Assembly (NCBI GenBank): GCA_023432985.1
Contig: JAEZEQ010000040.1
Coordinates: forward strand, 9,190-73,189
From: Bacteroidota bacterium
GTDB taxonomy: Bacteria; Bacteroidota; Bacteroidia; CAIKAF01
Direction: 5' to 3'
Length of the DNA: 64,000 nucleotides
The translations under genes were made by a program, and so were the position numbers. Below are positions 49,187 to 58,647 of this stretch, piece by piece (position 1 is the first letter of the stretch; each line of letters starts with the position of its first letter). The notes below the pieces were generated by a model. That model saw only the letters and a program-made list of their open reading frames with translations, did no database searches and had not been told where the DNA came from.

Positions 49187-49751
49187 TGCCTGCGTTTCAG
49201 CCCCGGCAGCTAAGGCTCAGGAATGGCAGGATGTGCCGGTTTATACAGATTTAAAGGAGGCTTTAAAAAATCCCAAATCCGTTAAAAGACTCGATCTTTC
49301 CAAACAAAAACTAAGTCGTATTCCTTCCGAAGTTTTCACTTCTTTTCCGAATATGTACGAGCTTGTGCTTTCAAAAAACAAACTCAAAACCCTACCCGAC
49401 GAATTGGGAAATCTTCGAAATTTGCGCATTCTGAAACTGGATCGGAATAAATTCGAAAGTCTGCCCGAAACTATAGGCAGACTCGAAAAGCTGGAAGTTT
49501 TAGACGTTAACCGAAGCAATTTATATTACCTGCCTGAATCTATAGGCAATTGTCATTCTCTCGAACGTATTATTGCATGGGATACCAATTTGATTACCTT
49601 ACCCAATTCGCTCAAAAAATGCCATTCTTTAGGTTATATAGACCTTAGAAATATAGAATTTAGTTCCTCTCTTCAGGAAGAATTAAAAACTATGCTGGCC
49701 GGTGTCAAAATTGAATTCACCAATAGCTGCAATTGTGGACCCAATCCTTAA
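49116..49751 (+). CDS. leucine-rich repeat (LRR) protein, secreted
   Basis: About 7 LRRs of the 23-aa LxxLxLxxNxLxxLPxxIGxLxx type (LVLSKNKLKTLPDELGNLRNLRILKLDRNKFESLPETIGRLEKLEVLDV...). N-terminal signal-like segment. Overlaps ribF by 71 bp in another frame, so the true start may be an internal alternative codon. Confidence 0.55.
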   Translation: MISKFNFKKIKIPYFVFLLIWVANACVSAPAAKAQEWQDVPVYTDLKEALKNPKSVKRLDLSKQKLSRIPSEVFTSFPNMYELVLSKNKLKTLPDELGNLRNLRILKLDRNKFESLPETIGRLEKLEVLDVNRSNLYYLPESIGNCHSLERIIAWDTNLITLPNSLKKCHSLGYIDLRNIEFSSSLQEELKTMLAGVKIEFTNSCNCGPNP

Positions 49752-52135
49752 GGAGCTTCCAATCGTATGGTCACCCCTCCGTTGAAATGTATGCCTGCCA
49801 TAGGATATACATAATTCACATCGGTACGTTCTCCACCCCAATAATAGCCGTAAGTATAGCCATTGGGTGCATAAGATGTATTGGTGACATTAAAGGCATT
49901 TGCAAAAAAGCTGATTCCCGCCCAATCTTTCACTTTTAAGTGATAACTCAGACGCAGATCTGCCGTAAAAAAGCCCTTTAAGCTGCGGCTTATTTGTTGG
50001 GTATTATCCAGATATTGGCGACTAACGCCTTTACCTGTTATATCAATAGCAAATCCCTTCACAGGCACTATGTTGATTTGGAATCCGCCCACCCAGCTTG
50101 GCGAAAACGCAATACTGCTGTTTTTATATATGGTTTCTAATTGTCCCCCATTATCATAATCGTCTATATATTCCACAAACTCTTTAATTCGGTTCTGACT
50201 AAATGCCAGGTTTGCCCCTATGCTGATTACCTTATGCAATCTGGCTTTGGCGGTTAACTCTATACCGGCACGGTAACTCACAGGCACATTTATGCGCGTA
50301 TAGGCACCCACGTCGTTGATTTTTCCGGTTTGTATCAATTGGTTCTTATAATGCATATAATACAAAGTGGCCGAAGTAGATACTTTCCCTTTTCTGAACT
50401 CGTAACCCAACTCGGTATCATACAAAGTTTCGGGAGTGGGAACCTGCGCCAGGCCTGCTTCCAAATCATCGCGATTGGGTTCTTTATTTCCCATTGCAAA
50501 AGAGGCAAATACGGTATGAGCCGGATTTATTCGGTATAATATTCCCGCTTTAGGGTTTACAAAATTCCAATGGAAATCGCCCTTTAGGGTGGGGTTTACT
50601 CTAAAACCATGTACTTTATAGTTCACATATCTATATTGCAAATCGGCAAAAACATACATTTCTTTCCATACTCTGTAATTCAATTTGGCATATATATTGG
50701 CCTCATTTTTAAATGCCGGAAAATAGTAATACCGGTGCGATACAGAATCCATACCCTTAGATGCCCAAATAACATCTCCATAATGTCGGCCATCGTAAGC
50801 AAGCCAAGCTCCGCCGGCTTTCAGGTTTACCCTGTTTTTCTCGTATTGAACCGAAAAAGTAGCCCCATAAAAATAATTATCCAGCGCCAATTGTCGAATT
50901 ATATCGCTTTGATAGTTCGTATCCTGTCCCGAAATCTGTGGTGGCAAAGCATAATCGGCATAATCTACATCGGCTTTATACTGCTCATAATGACCTTTAC
51001 CACGTGTAAGGAAAGTGGCTGCCTGCAGGTTTATATTTTCATTAAAACGATGAGTGAAAAATAAACGATAATAGTCCTGACGATAATTATCTGTTTCGTT
51101 GGCGTAAGGCGAACCGGGTTTTTCCATTCCCGATTCATTATAGGTTGGGATAGAATCGACCAAAGCCTGGGGGACTCCATTCCATGCCTGATAAGTTTTT
51201 TCTTTACCGGTAAACACATTAAAGCGAAGGCTGGTTTTCTTTCCCAGATAGTTAACTGAACCAAAGAGTGATTGAAGATTAGAGAAGGCTCTATCTATAT
51301 ATCCGTCTGAGGAAATTTTACTGGCACGTACATCTACCGTAAAACGATTTGCCAGTAGGCCCGAACCTCCGCTAAGGGCAACTTTATAGGTATTAAAACT
51401 TCCATAGGAAGCACTGATTTCGCCATATGGTTTTAGATTTTGTTGTTGGGTTTGCAGGTTGATTCCCGCTCCAAATGCGCCTCCACCGGTGGTGGATGTA
51501 CCCACCCCTCTTTGGATTTGAATGCTTTGTGCACTCCCGGCTATATCAGGTGTGTTTACCCAAAAAACGGCTTGCGATTCCGGGTCATTTACAGGTATAC
51601 CGTCGAAGGTCACATTGATGCGTGTAATATCACTACCCCTTATTCTCAATCCGGTATAACCAACCCCATTTCCTGCATCCGAAAAAACAACCGTACCCGG
51701 CGTTTGATCGAGCAAGACAGGCAAATCTTTTCCCGTATTCAACGGGGCTATATCTTTTGCCGTCCACTCTGTTTTCACAAAAGGATCGTTCTCGCCCACG
51801 CGCAAGGGGATTACGTGAATGTCGACCTTATTGAGCAATAATGGGGAAAATTGAAGTAGAATTTCTTTATCTATTCCCATTTTCAAGGTATCCTTTTTGG
51901 GCAAATAACCGAGACTACTCAGCTCTACAATCACCATGTTCTGAATCGATTGAATAGCAAATCGCCCTTCCTTATCGCTTGATGTTCCCGTAAAAGAGTC
52001 GAGCACCTTTACCGAAGCACCAACAATAGGTTCCTTACTTTTTTGGTCTAATATCCGACCTGTAAATTGATTTTGTGCCCATACATTCAGCGCACCAAAT
52101 GAGAATAAAATCCCAAAGCATACAGCATGTTTCAT
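49748..52135 (-). CDS. TonB-dependent outer-membrane receptor (carboxypeptidase-regulatory-like N-domain, plug, 22-strand barrel); predicted thiamine/thiamine-precursor importer
   Basis: Signal peptide. The segment GRILDQKSKEPIVGASVKV...TSSDKEGRFAI is a CarbopepD_reg-like domain, followed by a plug and a long beta-barrel. The C-terminal residue is not aromatic. It lies immediately downstream of the TPP riboswitch. Confidence 0.8.
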   Translation of the reverse strand: MKHAVCFGILFSFGALNVWAQNQFTGRILDQKSKEPIVGASVKVLDSFTGTSSDKEGRFAIQSIQNMVIVELSSLGYLPKKDTLKMGIDKEILLQFSPLLLNKVDIHVIPLRVGENDPFVKTEWTAKDIAPLNTGKDLPVLLDQTPGTVVFSDAGNGVGYTGLRIRGSDITRINVTFDGIPVNDPESQAVFWVNTPDIAGSAQSIQIQRGVGTSTTGGGAFGAGINLQTQQQNLKPYGEISASYGSFNTYKVALSGGSGLLANRFTVDVRASKISSDGYIDRAFSNLQSLFGSVNYLGKKTSLRFNVFTGKEKTYQAWNGVPQALVDSIPTYNESGMEKPGSPYANETDNYRQDYYRLFFTHRFNENINLQAATFLTRGKGHYEQYKADVDYADYALPPQISGQDTNYQSDIIRQLALDNYFYGATFSVQYEKNRVNLKAGGAWLAYDGRHYGDVIWASKGMDSVSHRYYYFPAFKNEANIYAKLNYRVWKEMYVFADLQYRYVNYKVHGFRVNPTLKGDFHWNFVNPKAGILYRINPAHTVFASFAMGNKEPNRDDLEAGLAQVPTPETLYDTELGYEFRKGKVSTSATLYYMHYKNQLIQTGKINDVGAYTRINVPVSYRAGIELTAKARLHKVISIGANLAFSQNRIKEFVEYIDDYDNGGQLETIYKNSSIAFSPSWVGGFQINIVPVKGFAIDITGKGVSRQYLDNTQQISRSLKGFFTADLRLSYHLKVKDWAGISFFANAFNVTNTSYAPNGYTYGYYWGGERTDVNYVYPMAGIHFNGGVTIRLEAP

Positions 52136-52189
52136 TTCCTGTCTGTTTTTTGTTCAACAATAAATAAATCGACAGGAAACACTTGGTGT

Positions 52190-52270
52190 ACCTGCCATTC
52201 CTACGGCGGCATTATCCGCATCAGGTTTTACGGGTGTATTCTCAGCCTTTTAAAGCACCCCGTGGCAAGA
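52190..52270 (-). promoter_or_regulatory. TPP (thiamine pyrophosphate) riboswitch, THI element, with RBS-sequestering expression platform
   Basis: Minus-strand RNA is UGCCACGGGGUGCUUUAAAAGGCUGAGAAUACACCCGUAAAACCUGAUGCGGAUAAUGCCGCCGUAGGAAUGGCA. This matches the Rfam TPP consensus blocks GGGGUGC, GGCUGAGA, ACCC and AACCUGAUCNGGAUAAUGCCNGCGNAGGGAA. The P1 pairing is UGCCA/UGGCA. Downstream, UUUCCUGUC (52179-52171) pairs with GACAGGAAA (52144-52136), which occludes the AGGAAA RBS just before the AUG at 52135-52133. Confidence 0.85.
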
Positions 52271-52366
52271 CGAATAGAAATTCGTAATGATGAAACAAAG
52301 GTATAGAGCCTTTTTGATTTTGCAAATTTTTGATAAAAAATGGGATGCTCTATCTATACTAAACGA

Positions 52367-53458
52367 CTATCTCTGGGCTGTGCGCGCTAAATATAAGCCT
52401 ACAAAAAAGAAGAAAACATTGGGCAACCATGCGGCAATAAAGGGCGACATGGTTCCATTTACGGCATAGGTAACAGCCACTTTATCGAAAAATATATACG
52501 AAAATCCGAGTCCGATTCCCATAGCAATATTCAGACCTATACCTCCCCTCACCTTTCGTCCGGCAAGCGGTACAGCAATCAGGGTAAGAATAATTGTAGA
52601 AAAAGGATTACTCCATCTCTTATATTTCTCGATTAGATACAAGTCGATATAACTACTCCCCGAAGCTTTTTCATTTTCTACAAATTCATTGAGCTGAAAA
52701 TAATCCATAGTCGATATATCTCTATTCATCACCTGAAATATTTCGGGCGAAAAAGGCAATAAGGTATCGACCTGTGTAGCTGTATAAATACGATCTCCAT
52801 TGTCGGCTGCTCGCCTTACCATATAATCGACCAGCGTCCATCGCTGATGCAAGGTATCGTAAATCACGGAATAAGCCATGAGTTTGCTTATCATGTTTTT
52901 GCCTTCAAATTGTTCTATAGACAATTTTTGTCCGTTCATGTTCTCATTATTCCAATACTCGATATACAAAAACTGTCCCGGTGAAATTTGCCTGTGCAGA
53001 TTACGTGGATTATAGGTTCCGTGTCCGAAATATTCTCTTTCGAATGCCGATTTTTTCTTATTTGATGTAGGAACCACAAAATTGCCGATAATGGCCAAAA
53101 ATATGGCAACAAATATGGCCGATCCCATAAAAGGCGCCAAGAAACGTCTATAACTTACACCCGATGCCAGGATCGCAACAATTTCGCTGCGCGCAGCCAT
53201 TCGGGAGGTGAAATAAATTACCGAAATAAATGCAAATAATGGAGCAAAAAGGGATGCAAAATAGGGTATAAAATTGGCATAATAAACCAAAACAATTTCT
53301 TTCAAAGGTGGCACTTTCCCTCGTCTGCCTAGGAAATCATCCACTTTTTCGGAGATATCGAAAACTACAGCGATAGCGATAATTAAGGTCAGACTTACAA
53401 AAAAAGTTACCAGATATTTCTTTGCTATGTAGCGGTCTATAGTTTTCATTGAATGCAC
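52367..53458 (-). CDS. LptF/LptG family LPS-export permease
   Basis: YjgP/YjgQ-type N-terminus (IDRYIAKKYLVTFFVSLTLIIAIAV), a periplasmic beta-jellyroll region between TM3 and TM4, and six TM segments. 363 aa. Confidence 0.75.
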   Translation of the reverse strand: MHSMKTIDRYIAKKYLVTFFVSLTLIIAIAVVFDISEKVDDFLGRRGKVPPLKEIVLVYYANFIPYFASLFAPLFAFISVIYFTSRMAARSEIVAILASGVSYRRFLAPFMGSAIFVAIFLAIIGNFVVPTSNKKKSAFEREYFGHGTYNPRNLHRQISPGQFLYIEYWNNENMNGQKLSIEQFEGKNMISKLMAYSVIYDTLHQRWTLVDYMVRRAADNGDRIYTATQVDTLLPFSPEIFQVMNRDISTMDYFQLNEFVENEKASGSSYIDLYLIEKYKRWSNPFSTIILTLIAVPLAGRKVRGGIGLNIAMGIGLGFSYIFFDKVAVTYAVNGTMSPFIAAWLPNVFFFFVGLYLARTAQR

Positions 53459-53518
53459 AAAGAAACAAAAACTAAATCGGACTTAAAACATTGTGTAAAT
53501 ATTCCGTAAAATTGCAGT

Positions 53519-54694
53519 ATGGAAATAGATTATCCCTATTTTTTTGAAGCCAGAACTTATCCGCTACACAACAAACCGGATGCATACGGACAATTTGTCC
53601 GCATGAAGGCCTATGCAGGGGAAAATGCTTTTCTGGCAAATAGCATCGAACTGCTGCAAAAAAAAGGAAATGGGAAATTTTTATGCGGATATTTAGCATA
53701 CGAACTCAATGCTGCTTTCGAAAAAATCCCTTCACCGGATTCGGGTAAATCTATAGCTCCATTGCAATTTTTCGAACCCGAAAAGATGCAGTTCTACGAT
53801 AAAATGGAAGAGGATCAGGATTGCGATTTTTCCGTTGAATGGATAGAAAAACCTCGTGCCGATTTCAGTAAAAAAGAATATATAAATACCATACATGCAA
53901 TTCAGGCCCATTTGCAAGCCGGGGATATATACGAACTTACCTTCTGTATGCAATTGAAAGGCAAAGCCCGCATTAGGAATCCCTATGCTTTCTATAATCA
54001 GCTCTGCCGACTGAATCCCGCACCTTTTTCGGCCTTATTGAAACAAAAAAATCTTTGGCTTTTTTCTGCCAGTCCGGAACGATTTTTGGTAAAAAGAGAC
54101 CGGCTTATCGCTTCCCAACCCATCAAAGGTACTATCAGACGGAGCTCGGATAAAACGGAGGACGAAAAATTAAAAAAGGAATTATTCCTCTCCGAAAAAG
54201 AAAGAGCAGAAAATGTAATGATTGTAGACCTGGTGCGAAATGATTTGTCGCGCATTGCACAGAAAAACAGTGTAGAAGTGAAAGAACTATTCGGACTCCA
54301 CACTTTCCCCACGGTTCATCAATTGATCTCGACCATTGAAGCCCGCGTAAAGGATGATATAGATACGATAGACATATTGCGAGCCTGCTTTCCTCCGGGA
54401 AGTATGACCGGCGCGCCAAAAATAAGCGCTATGCAGATTATTTCGGCATTAGAAAAAAATAAAAGGGGACTTTTCAGCGGTTCGGTGGGTTATTTAACCC
54501 CCGACGGTGATTTCGATTTTAATGTAGTGATCCGCTCCGTTATTTACGACGAAAATACCCACGAAATAAGCATCCCCATAGGTGGTGCCATTACCCTTAA
54601 AAGTAAGCCCGAAGCCGAATACGAAGAATGTAAACTCAAAGCTGCCGCCACGATAAAGGCATTGGCATTAGAAGCGGAGGATATCCTATGGTAA
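53519..54694 (+). CDS. pabB: aminodeoxychorismate synthase component I / anthranilate-synthase-component-I family (chorismate-binding enzyme)
   Basis: Chorismate-binding core motifs PIKGT (SQPIKGTIRRS), NVMIVDLVRNDL, PGSMTGAPK and GGAIT. It is shorter than TrpE (391 aa, no N-terminal regulatory domain), which favours a PabB-like enzyme. Confidence 0.65.
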   Translation: MEIDYPYFFEARTYPLHNKPDAYGQFVRMKAYAGENAFLANSIELLQKKGNGKFLCGYLAYELNAAFEKIPSPDSGKSIAPLQFFEPEKMQFYDKMEEDQDCDFSVEWIEKPRADFSKKEYINTIHAIQAHLQAGDIYELTFCMQLKGKARIRNPYAFYNQLCRLNPAPFSALLKQKNLWLFSASPERFLVKRDRLIASQPIKGTIRRSSDKTEDEKLKKELFLSEKERAENVMIVDLVRNDLSRIAQKNSVEVKELFGLHTFPTVHQLISTIEARVKDDIDTIDILRACFPPGSMTGAPKISAMQIISALEKNKRGLFSGSVGYLTPDGDFDFNVVIRSVIYDENTHEISIPIGGAITLKSKPEAEYEECKLKAAATIKALALEAEDILW

Positions 54695-55974
54695 AAACTT
54701 TTCCCATAGATTTTAGCAATTTTTTCCCCGACAAAAAGGAGAAAATTCTTTTAGCGCTCAGCGGTGGAGCCGACAGTATTTGTCTTTTGTTTCTGCTCAA
54801 AGAAGAAGGCTATAGGGTGAGTGCTGCTCATGTAAATTACGGTTTGCGTGCTGACGAAAGTGAAGATGATGAAGCTTTTTGCCGGGATATTTGCCGCAAA
54901 TGGAATGTGGAATTGTTTGTAGAAAAAGCCTCCATTTCAGCAAAGGAAAATATTCAAGCCAAAGCAAGAGAAATACGCTATCGTTTTTTCGAACAACTGT
55001 CGGCCACACACGGATTCTCATTTATTGCCACAGCCCATCATGCCAACGATCGCTTCGAATCGCTGCTTCTGAATCTGGCAAAAGGATGCGGACCCTACGG
55101 CTTTTTGGGTATGCCGGAAAAAAATGGGAAAATTATCAGACCACTTCTCTCTGTAAGTCGTCCGGAAATTGAAAATTTTTGTGCTCAAAACGAATTAAAA
55201 TATCGTCAGGATTCCAGCAATCAATCCCTTACCTACAAACGCAATCTGATCCGACACAGGATTCAACCCCATTTCGATGCGCTACATCCGGGCGCAATAG
55301 ACAATTATATACGCTCGACCCATCATTTGGAGCAATTGCTCAATTATTTCAGGGAAGCATACAAACAATTTCTACATAAGGAATTGCAAATAGAAAACGA
55401 TACGGAAAAGATTTCTGCACAGCACCGCATGCATGTATTTTTTGCTCAATGGCTTGCTGAAAAGGGTTTTGATGCGGCTGCAATCCAACATATATGCAGT
55501 CCGGATAATGCCTTTAAAGCAATAGACGGACCGGGGGGGACATTAATTTTGCATCAGGCTTATTTTATTTTTAAACCCAAATCGGAGGCAGTGGAAAATG
55601 AGTTTCTTTCCATAGACCGAGTCGGAACTTACCGTTTTATGGGTCGCGAAATTGAAATAAGCATCCTAGAGGAGCATCCCACATGGAAAGAAGGAGATAA
55701 TTACTGCTATTTTGCCGATGCGGAGGCTCTACATTTCCCATTATTATTTCGAAAAATACAAACAGGCGACAAAATGAGTTTGTGGGGAATGCCCAAAGGG
55801 CAAAAGAAAATCAGCGATATACTTAGCGATGCCAAATGGAATCGTTTTCAAAAAGAAAAAGCATTTGTACTATGCAAAGACGATACAATATTATGGTTGT
55901 GCGGATTAAGGCGTAGCGAGGCCTATGCCATTCGGAAAGAAAGCGGACCTATATTGCGTATTTGTCTTACATAA
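54688..55974 (+). CDS. tilS: tRNA(Ile)-lysidine synthetase TilS
   Basis: PP-loop SGGADS motif (LALSGGADSICLL) and a C-terminal TilS substrate-binding domain. 428 aa. Confidence 0.8.
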   Translation: MVKTFPIDFSNFFPDKKEKILLALSGGADSICLLFLLKEEGYRVSAAHVNYGLRADESEDDEAFCRDICRKWNVELFVEKASISAKENIQAKAREIRYRFFEQLSATHGFSFIATAHHANDRFESLLLNLAKGCGPYGFLGMPEKNGKIIRPLLSVSRPEIENFCAQNELKYRQDSSNQSLTYKRNLIRHRIQPHFDALHPGAIDNYIRSTHHLEQLLNYFREAYKQFLHKELQIENDTEKISAQHRMHVFFAQWLAEKGFDAAAIQHICSPDNAFKAIDGPGGTLILHQAYFIFKPKSEAVENEFLSIDRVGTYRFMGREIEISILEEHPTWKEGDNYCYFADAEALHFPLLFRKIQTGDKMSLWGMPKGQKKISDILSDAKWNRFQKEKAFVLCKDDTILWLCGLRRSEAYAIRKESGPILRICLT

Positions 55975-55975
55975 T

Positions 55976-57304
55976 CTATTTATACTTTAACCATTTAAAC
56001 AGCTCTCTGAAGCTAGGTTTTTTCCCATACATAAGTATACCTACGCGGTATATTCGGGCGGCTAACCAAGTAATGGCCACGAAGGATAAAATAAGAATCA
56101 GTACGGATGGAATAAACTCTGTCCATATACCCACCCCATGCGGAATACGCACCATCATAACAACGGGCGAAGTAAAGGGAATAAAAGAGAATACTTTCCC
56201 GGCGACCGACTCGGGATTCATCATTACGATAATAGCCGAAACATAGGCCAGCATAAGCGGCAAGGTCACGGGCATCATAAACTGTTGGGTATCACTTTCG
56301 CTGTCGACCATGGCTCCAATGGCGGCAAAAACGGCGGCATACAATAAGAAGCCCAGGCTAAAAAACAAGATAAATGCAAATGCCATTAATGCCCAGTTTG
56401 TACCCGAAAGTATATCGGCCAGTTGTCCGATATTCACCGCATTTTCGGAGGCATTATTGGCATTATATTGTTCCATTTCGAGCAATTTTTGCGAAATTTC
56501 GCTTGGATCTGCAAAACCAAGAAACAGAACGGATACAATTTGAAAAAGTATACCACTCATAAAAGTCCACACCAAAAACTGGGTCAGTCCCACCGCACCA
56601 ATTCCAATAATTTTACCCATCATAAGATAGAAAGGTTTAACCGAAGAAACCATTACCTCAATAATGCGGTTTGTTTTCTCTTCGAGTACGCCCCTTAATA
56701 CTTGCATTCCATACAATAAAATAAAAATATAGATTAGAATACTGGCGGCAAAGGAAATAATGCCGGCCACATCGGTATCGCGGGCATCGCTTCCTTTAAT
56801 CGGTTCAAGATGCAGGAATACACGAGAGCGAATTTTATCGTATTCATCCTTATCGATCGAACTCATTTCTATTTTATAGGCTTCGACCACTTTAGAGATA
56901 GTCCACTCCAACTCGCGCACTATAGATTGCGGCGGTTTTTGTCCGGCATACAACAAATTAATCCCATTTCCCACATTAAAAGGATCACGGTTTACATACA
57001 AAACGGCATCCCATTCTTTATCCTTTCCGGCTTTTTCCTGGGCTACAAAATAATCCGCTTCCTCTTGCACCAAAATTATATTTGCCGATCTATTTTCGGC
57101 CATAATGCGTTTTCCTATTTTCAAATCGCTATCATCCACTATATTGATGCGCACGCTTGGGGTACTTTCGTTCATAACCAAGGCTATCATTCCGCCATAA
57201 ATAAGCGCAATAAGTAGTGGACCCAGGAGCGTAAGCAAAATAAAACTACGTTTGCGTACTCTACTGAAATATTCTCTTTGTATAACTAAGGCAAGTGTCT
57301 TCAT
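55976..57304 (-). CDS. ABC-2 type transporter permease (NatB-like, large extracytoplasmic loop after TM1)
   Basis: N-terminal TM helix, an extracellular region of about 150 aa, then five TM helices carrying the ABC-2 signature. It is paired with the ATPase immediately upstream. Confidence 0.7.
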   Translation of the reverse strand: MKTLALVIQREYFSRVRKRSFILLTLLGPLLIALIYGGMIALVMNESTPSVRINIVDDSDLKIGKRIMAENRSANIILVQEEADYFVAQEKAGKDKEWDAVLYVNRDPFNVGNGINLLYAGQKPPQSIVRELEWTISKVVEAYKIEMSSIDKDEYDKIRSRVFLHLEPIKGSDARDTDVAGIISFAASILIYIFILLYGMQVLRGVLEEKTNRIIEVMVSSVKPFYLMMGKIIGIGAVGLTQFLVWTFMSGILFQIVSVLFLGFADPSEISQKLLEMEQYNANNASENAVNIGQLADILSGTNWALMAFAFILFFSLGFLLYAAVFAAIGAMVDSESDTQQFMMPVTLPLMLAYVSAIIVMMNPESVAGKVFSFIPFTSPVVMMVRIPHGVGIWTEFIPSVLILILSFVAITWLAARIYRVGILMYGKKPSFRELFKWLKYK

Positions 57305-57306
57305 TT

Positions 57307-58284
57307 CTATTCCGTTAAATCATTCGAAACCAAGGTGGCATCTCCGCCCACCGCTTTCACAAAAATCTGATGCATGGATGGTATATTCTCCTCTAAAGCC
57401 ACAATTTCAACGGCCGGCATCAAACTATGCAGAATAGTGTGCAGATTATTCCCGGGTAATAATTCCAACAAGGCCGTATGTATATCTCCTTCTGTTTTCT
57501 TTTCTACAATTTTAGCCGAAGTCCACAATGCATTCGAAAAATTCACCCAATTTCCTTTAAAAGAAATACGCCATGTTCCCGAGAAAAAACGCCTTTTCAC
57601 TTCTTTTACATTTCCGTAGAGTATGAGTTCGCCCTTATTCAGCAAAGCCATATCCGTACATAATTCCTCCACGGAATTCATATTATGGGTACTCAGCATA
57701 ATGGTCACCCCTTTTTTAGCCAATTCTAATATTTCATTTTTAATCAGCTCGGCATTAATGGGATCAAATCCGCTAAATGGTTCGTCTAAAATCAGAAAAT
57801 CGGGGTCATGAATTAAGGCGGCAATAAACTGAATTTTCTGTTGCATACCTTTAGAAAGATTTTCCACTTCCTTATTTTTCCAATCTGTCAACCCCAATTT
57901 CTCGAGCCAAAAATCGACCTTTACTTTGGCATCCTTTTTCGACAGCCCCTTCAGGCGCGCAAAATAAATCAATTGTTCGCCCACTTTCATTTTCTTATAC
58001 ATACCTCTCTCCTCGGGGAGGTAGCCCATACTACGCGAAAAGCCGGGCATAATCGGCACATTATTATATGTACAATACCCGTTATCGGGTGCGGTAATAC
58101 CTGTAAGAATACGAATAAGGGAAGTTTTTCCACTTCCGTTGGGACCCAATAATCCAAAAATAGAGCCTTTGGGTATATCAAAACTCACTTTTTTCAGGGC
58201 ATGATGACCCGAATAAAATTTATCTACCTGTGCTATTTCAACCAATCTTGACATATTATTCATTTTGGGGATTATCCGCAACAA
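57307..58284 (-). CDS. ABC transporter ATP-binding protein
   Basis: Walker A GPNGSGKTS, signature LSKGMQQK, Walker B LILDEP, and a C-terminal extra domain. The true start is probably at Met11 (about 58254), which avoids overlap with the upstream ftsB-like gene. Confidence 0.8.
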   Translation of the reverse strand: MLRIIPKMNNMSRLVEIAQVDKFYSGHHALKKVSFDIPKGSIFGLLGPNGSGKTSLIRILTGITAPDNGYCTYNNVPIMPGFSRSMGYLPEERGMYKKMKVGEQLIYFARLKGLSKKDAKVKVDFWLEKLGLTDWKNKEVENLSKGMQQKIQFIAALIHDPDFLILDEPFSGFDPINAELIKNEILELAKKGVTIMLSTHNMNSVEELCTDMALLNKGELILYGNVKEVKRRFFSGTWRISFKGNWVNFSNALWTSAKIVEKKTEGDIHTALLELLPGNNLHTILHSLMPAVEIVALEENIPSMHQIFVKAVGGDATLVSNDLTE

Positions 58285-58573
58285 TTATAAACACATCCTC
58301 ATCATCCTTCTTCATCATATATTTCTCTCGCGCCATTTTTTCAAGAGCCTGACGGCTATCATTCAATTCGTCCAATTTTTGAGTGGCTTTCAGGATCTCT
58401 TCCGAATAAAAAAGCGTATCCTTTTCCAGGGCTTCTAATTCTTTGTCGAGTTTTTGTTGATAAAAGAAATTCTGTTTATCGAAAAACACCATCCAAACAA
58501 GAAAAAAACCAATACTAATCAGATATTTATATTCCCAAAAACGGGTAAAAATAAGTTTAAGATAGTGTTTCAT
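58256..58573 (-). CDS. FtsB/DivIC-like septum formation initiator family protein
   Basis: 105 aa with an N-terminal TM helix (YLISIGFFLVWMVFF) and a coiled-coil region. The ending YMMKKDDEDVFII matches the 'septum formation initiator' family. Confidence 0.6.
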   Translation of the reverse strand: MKHYLKLIFTRFWEYKYLISIGFFLVWMVFFDKQNFFYQQKLDKELEALEKDTLFYSEEILKATQKLDELNDSRQALEKMAREKYMMKKDDEDVFIIVADNPQNE

Positions 58574-58647
58574 TGCAACAAAGTAAGAAAAAAATAAAGT
58601 TTCATTTCAAGTATAAAGGCGAATTTGTTAACCCCATACTGTGAATT

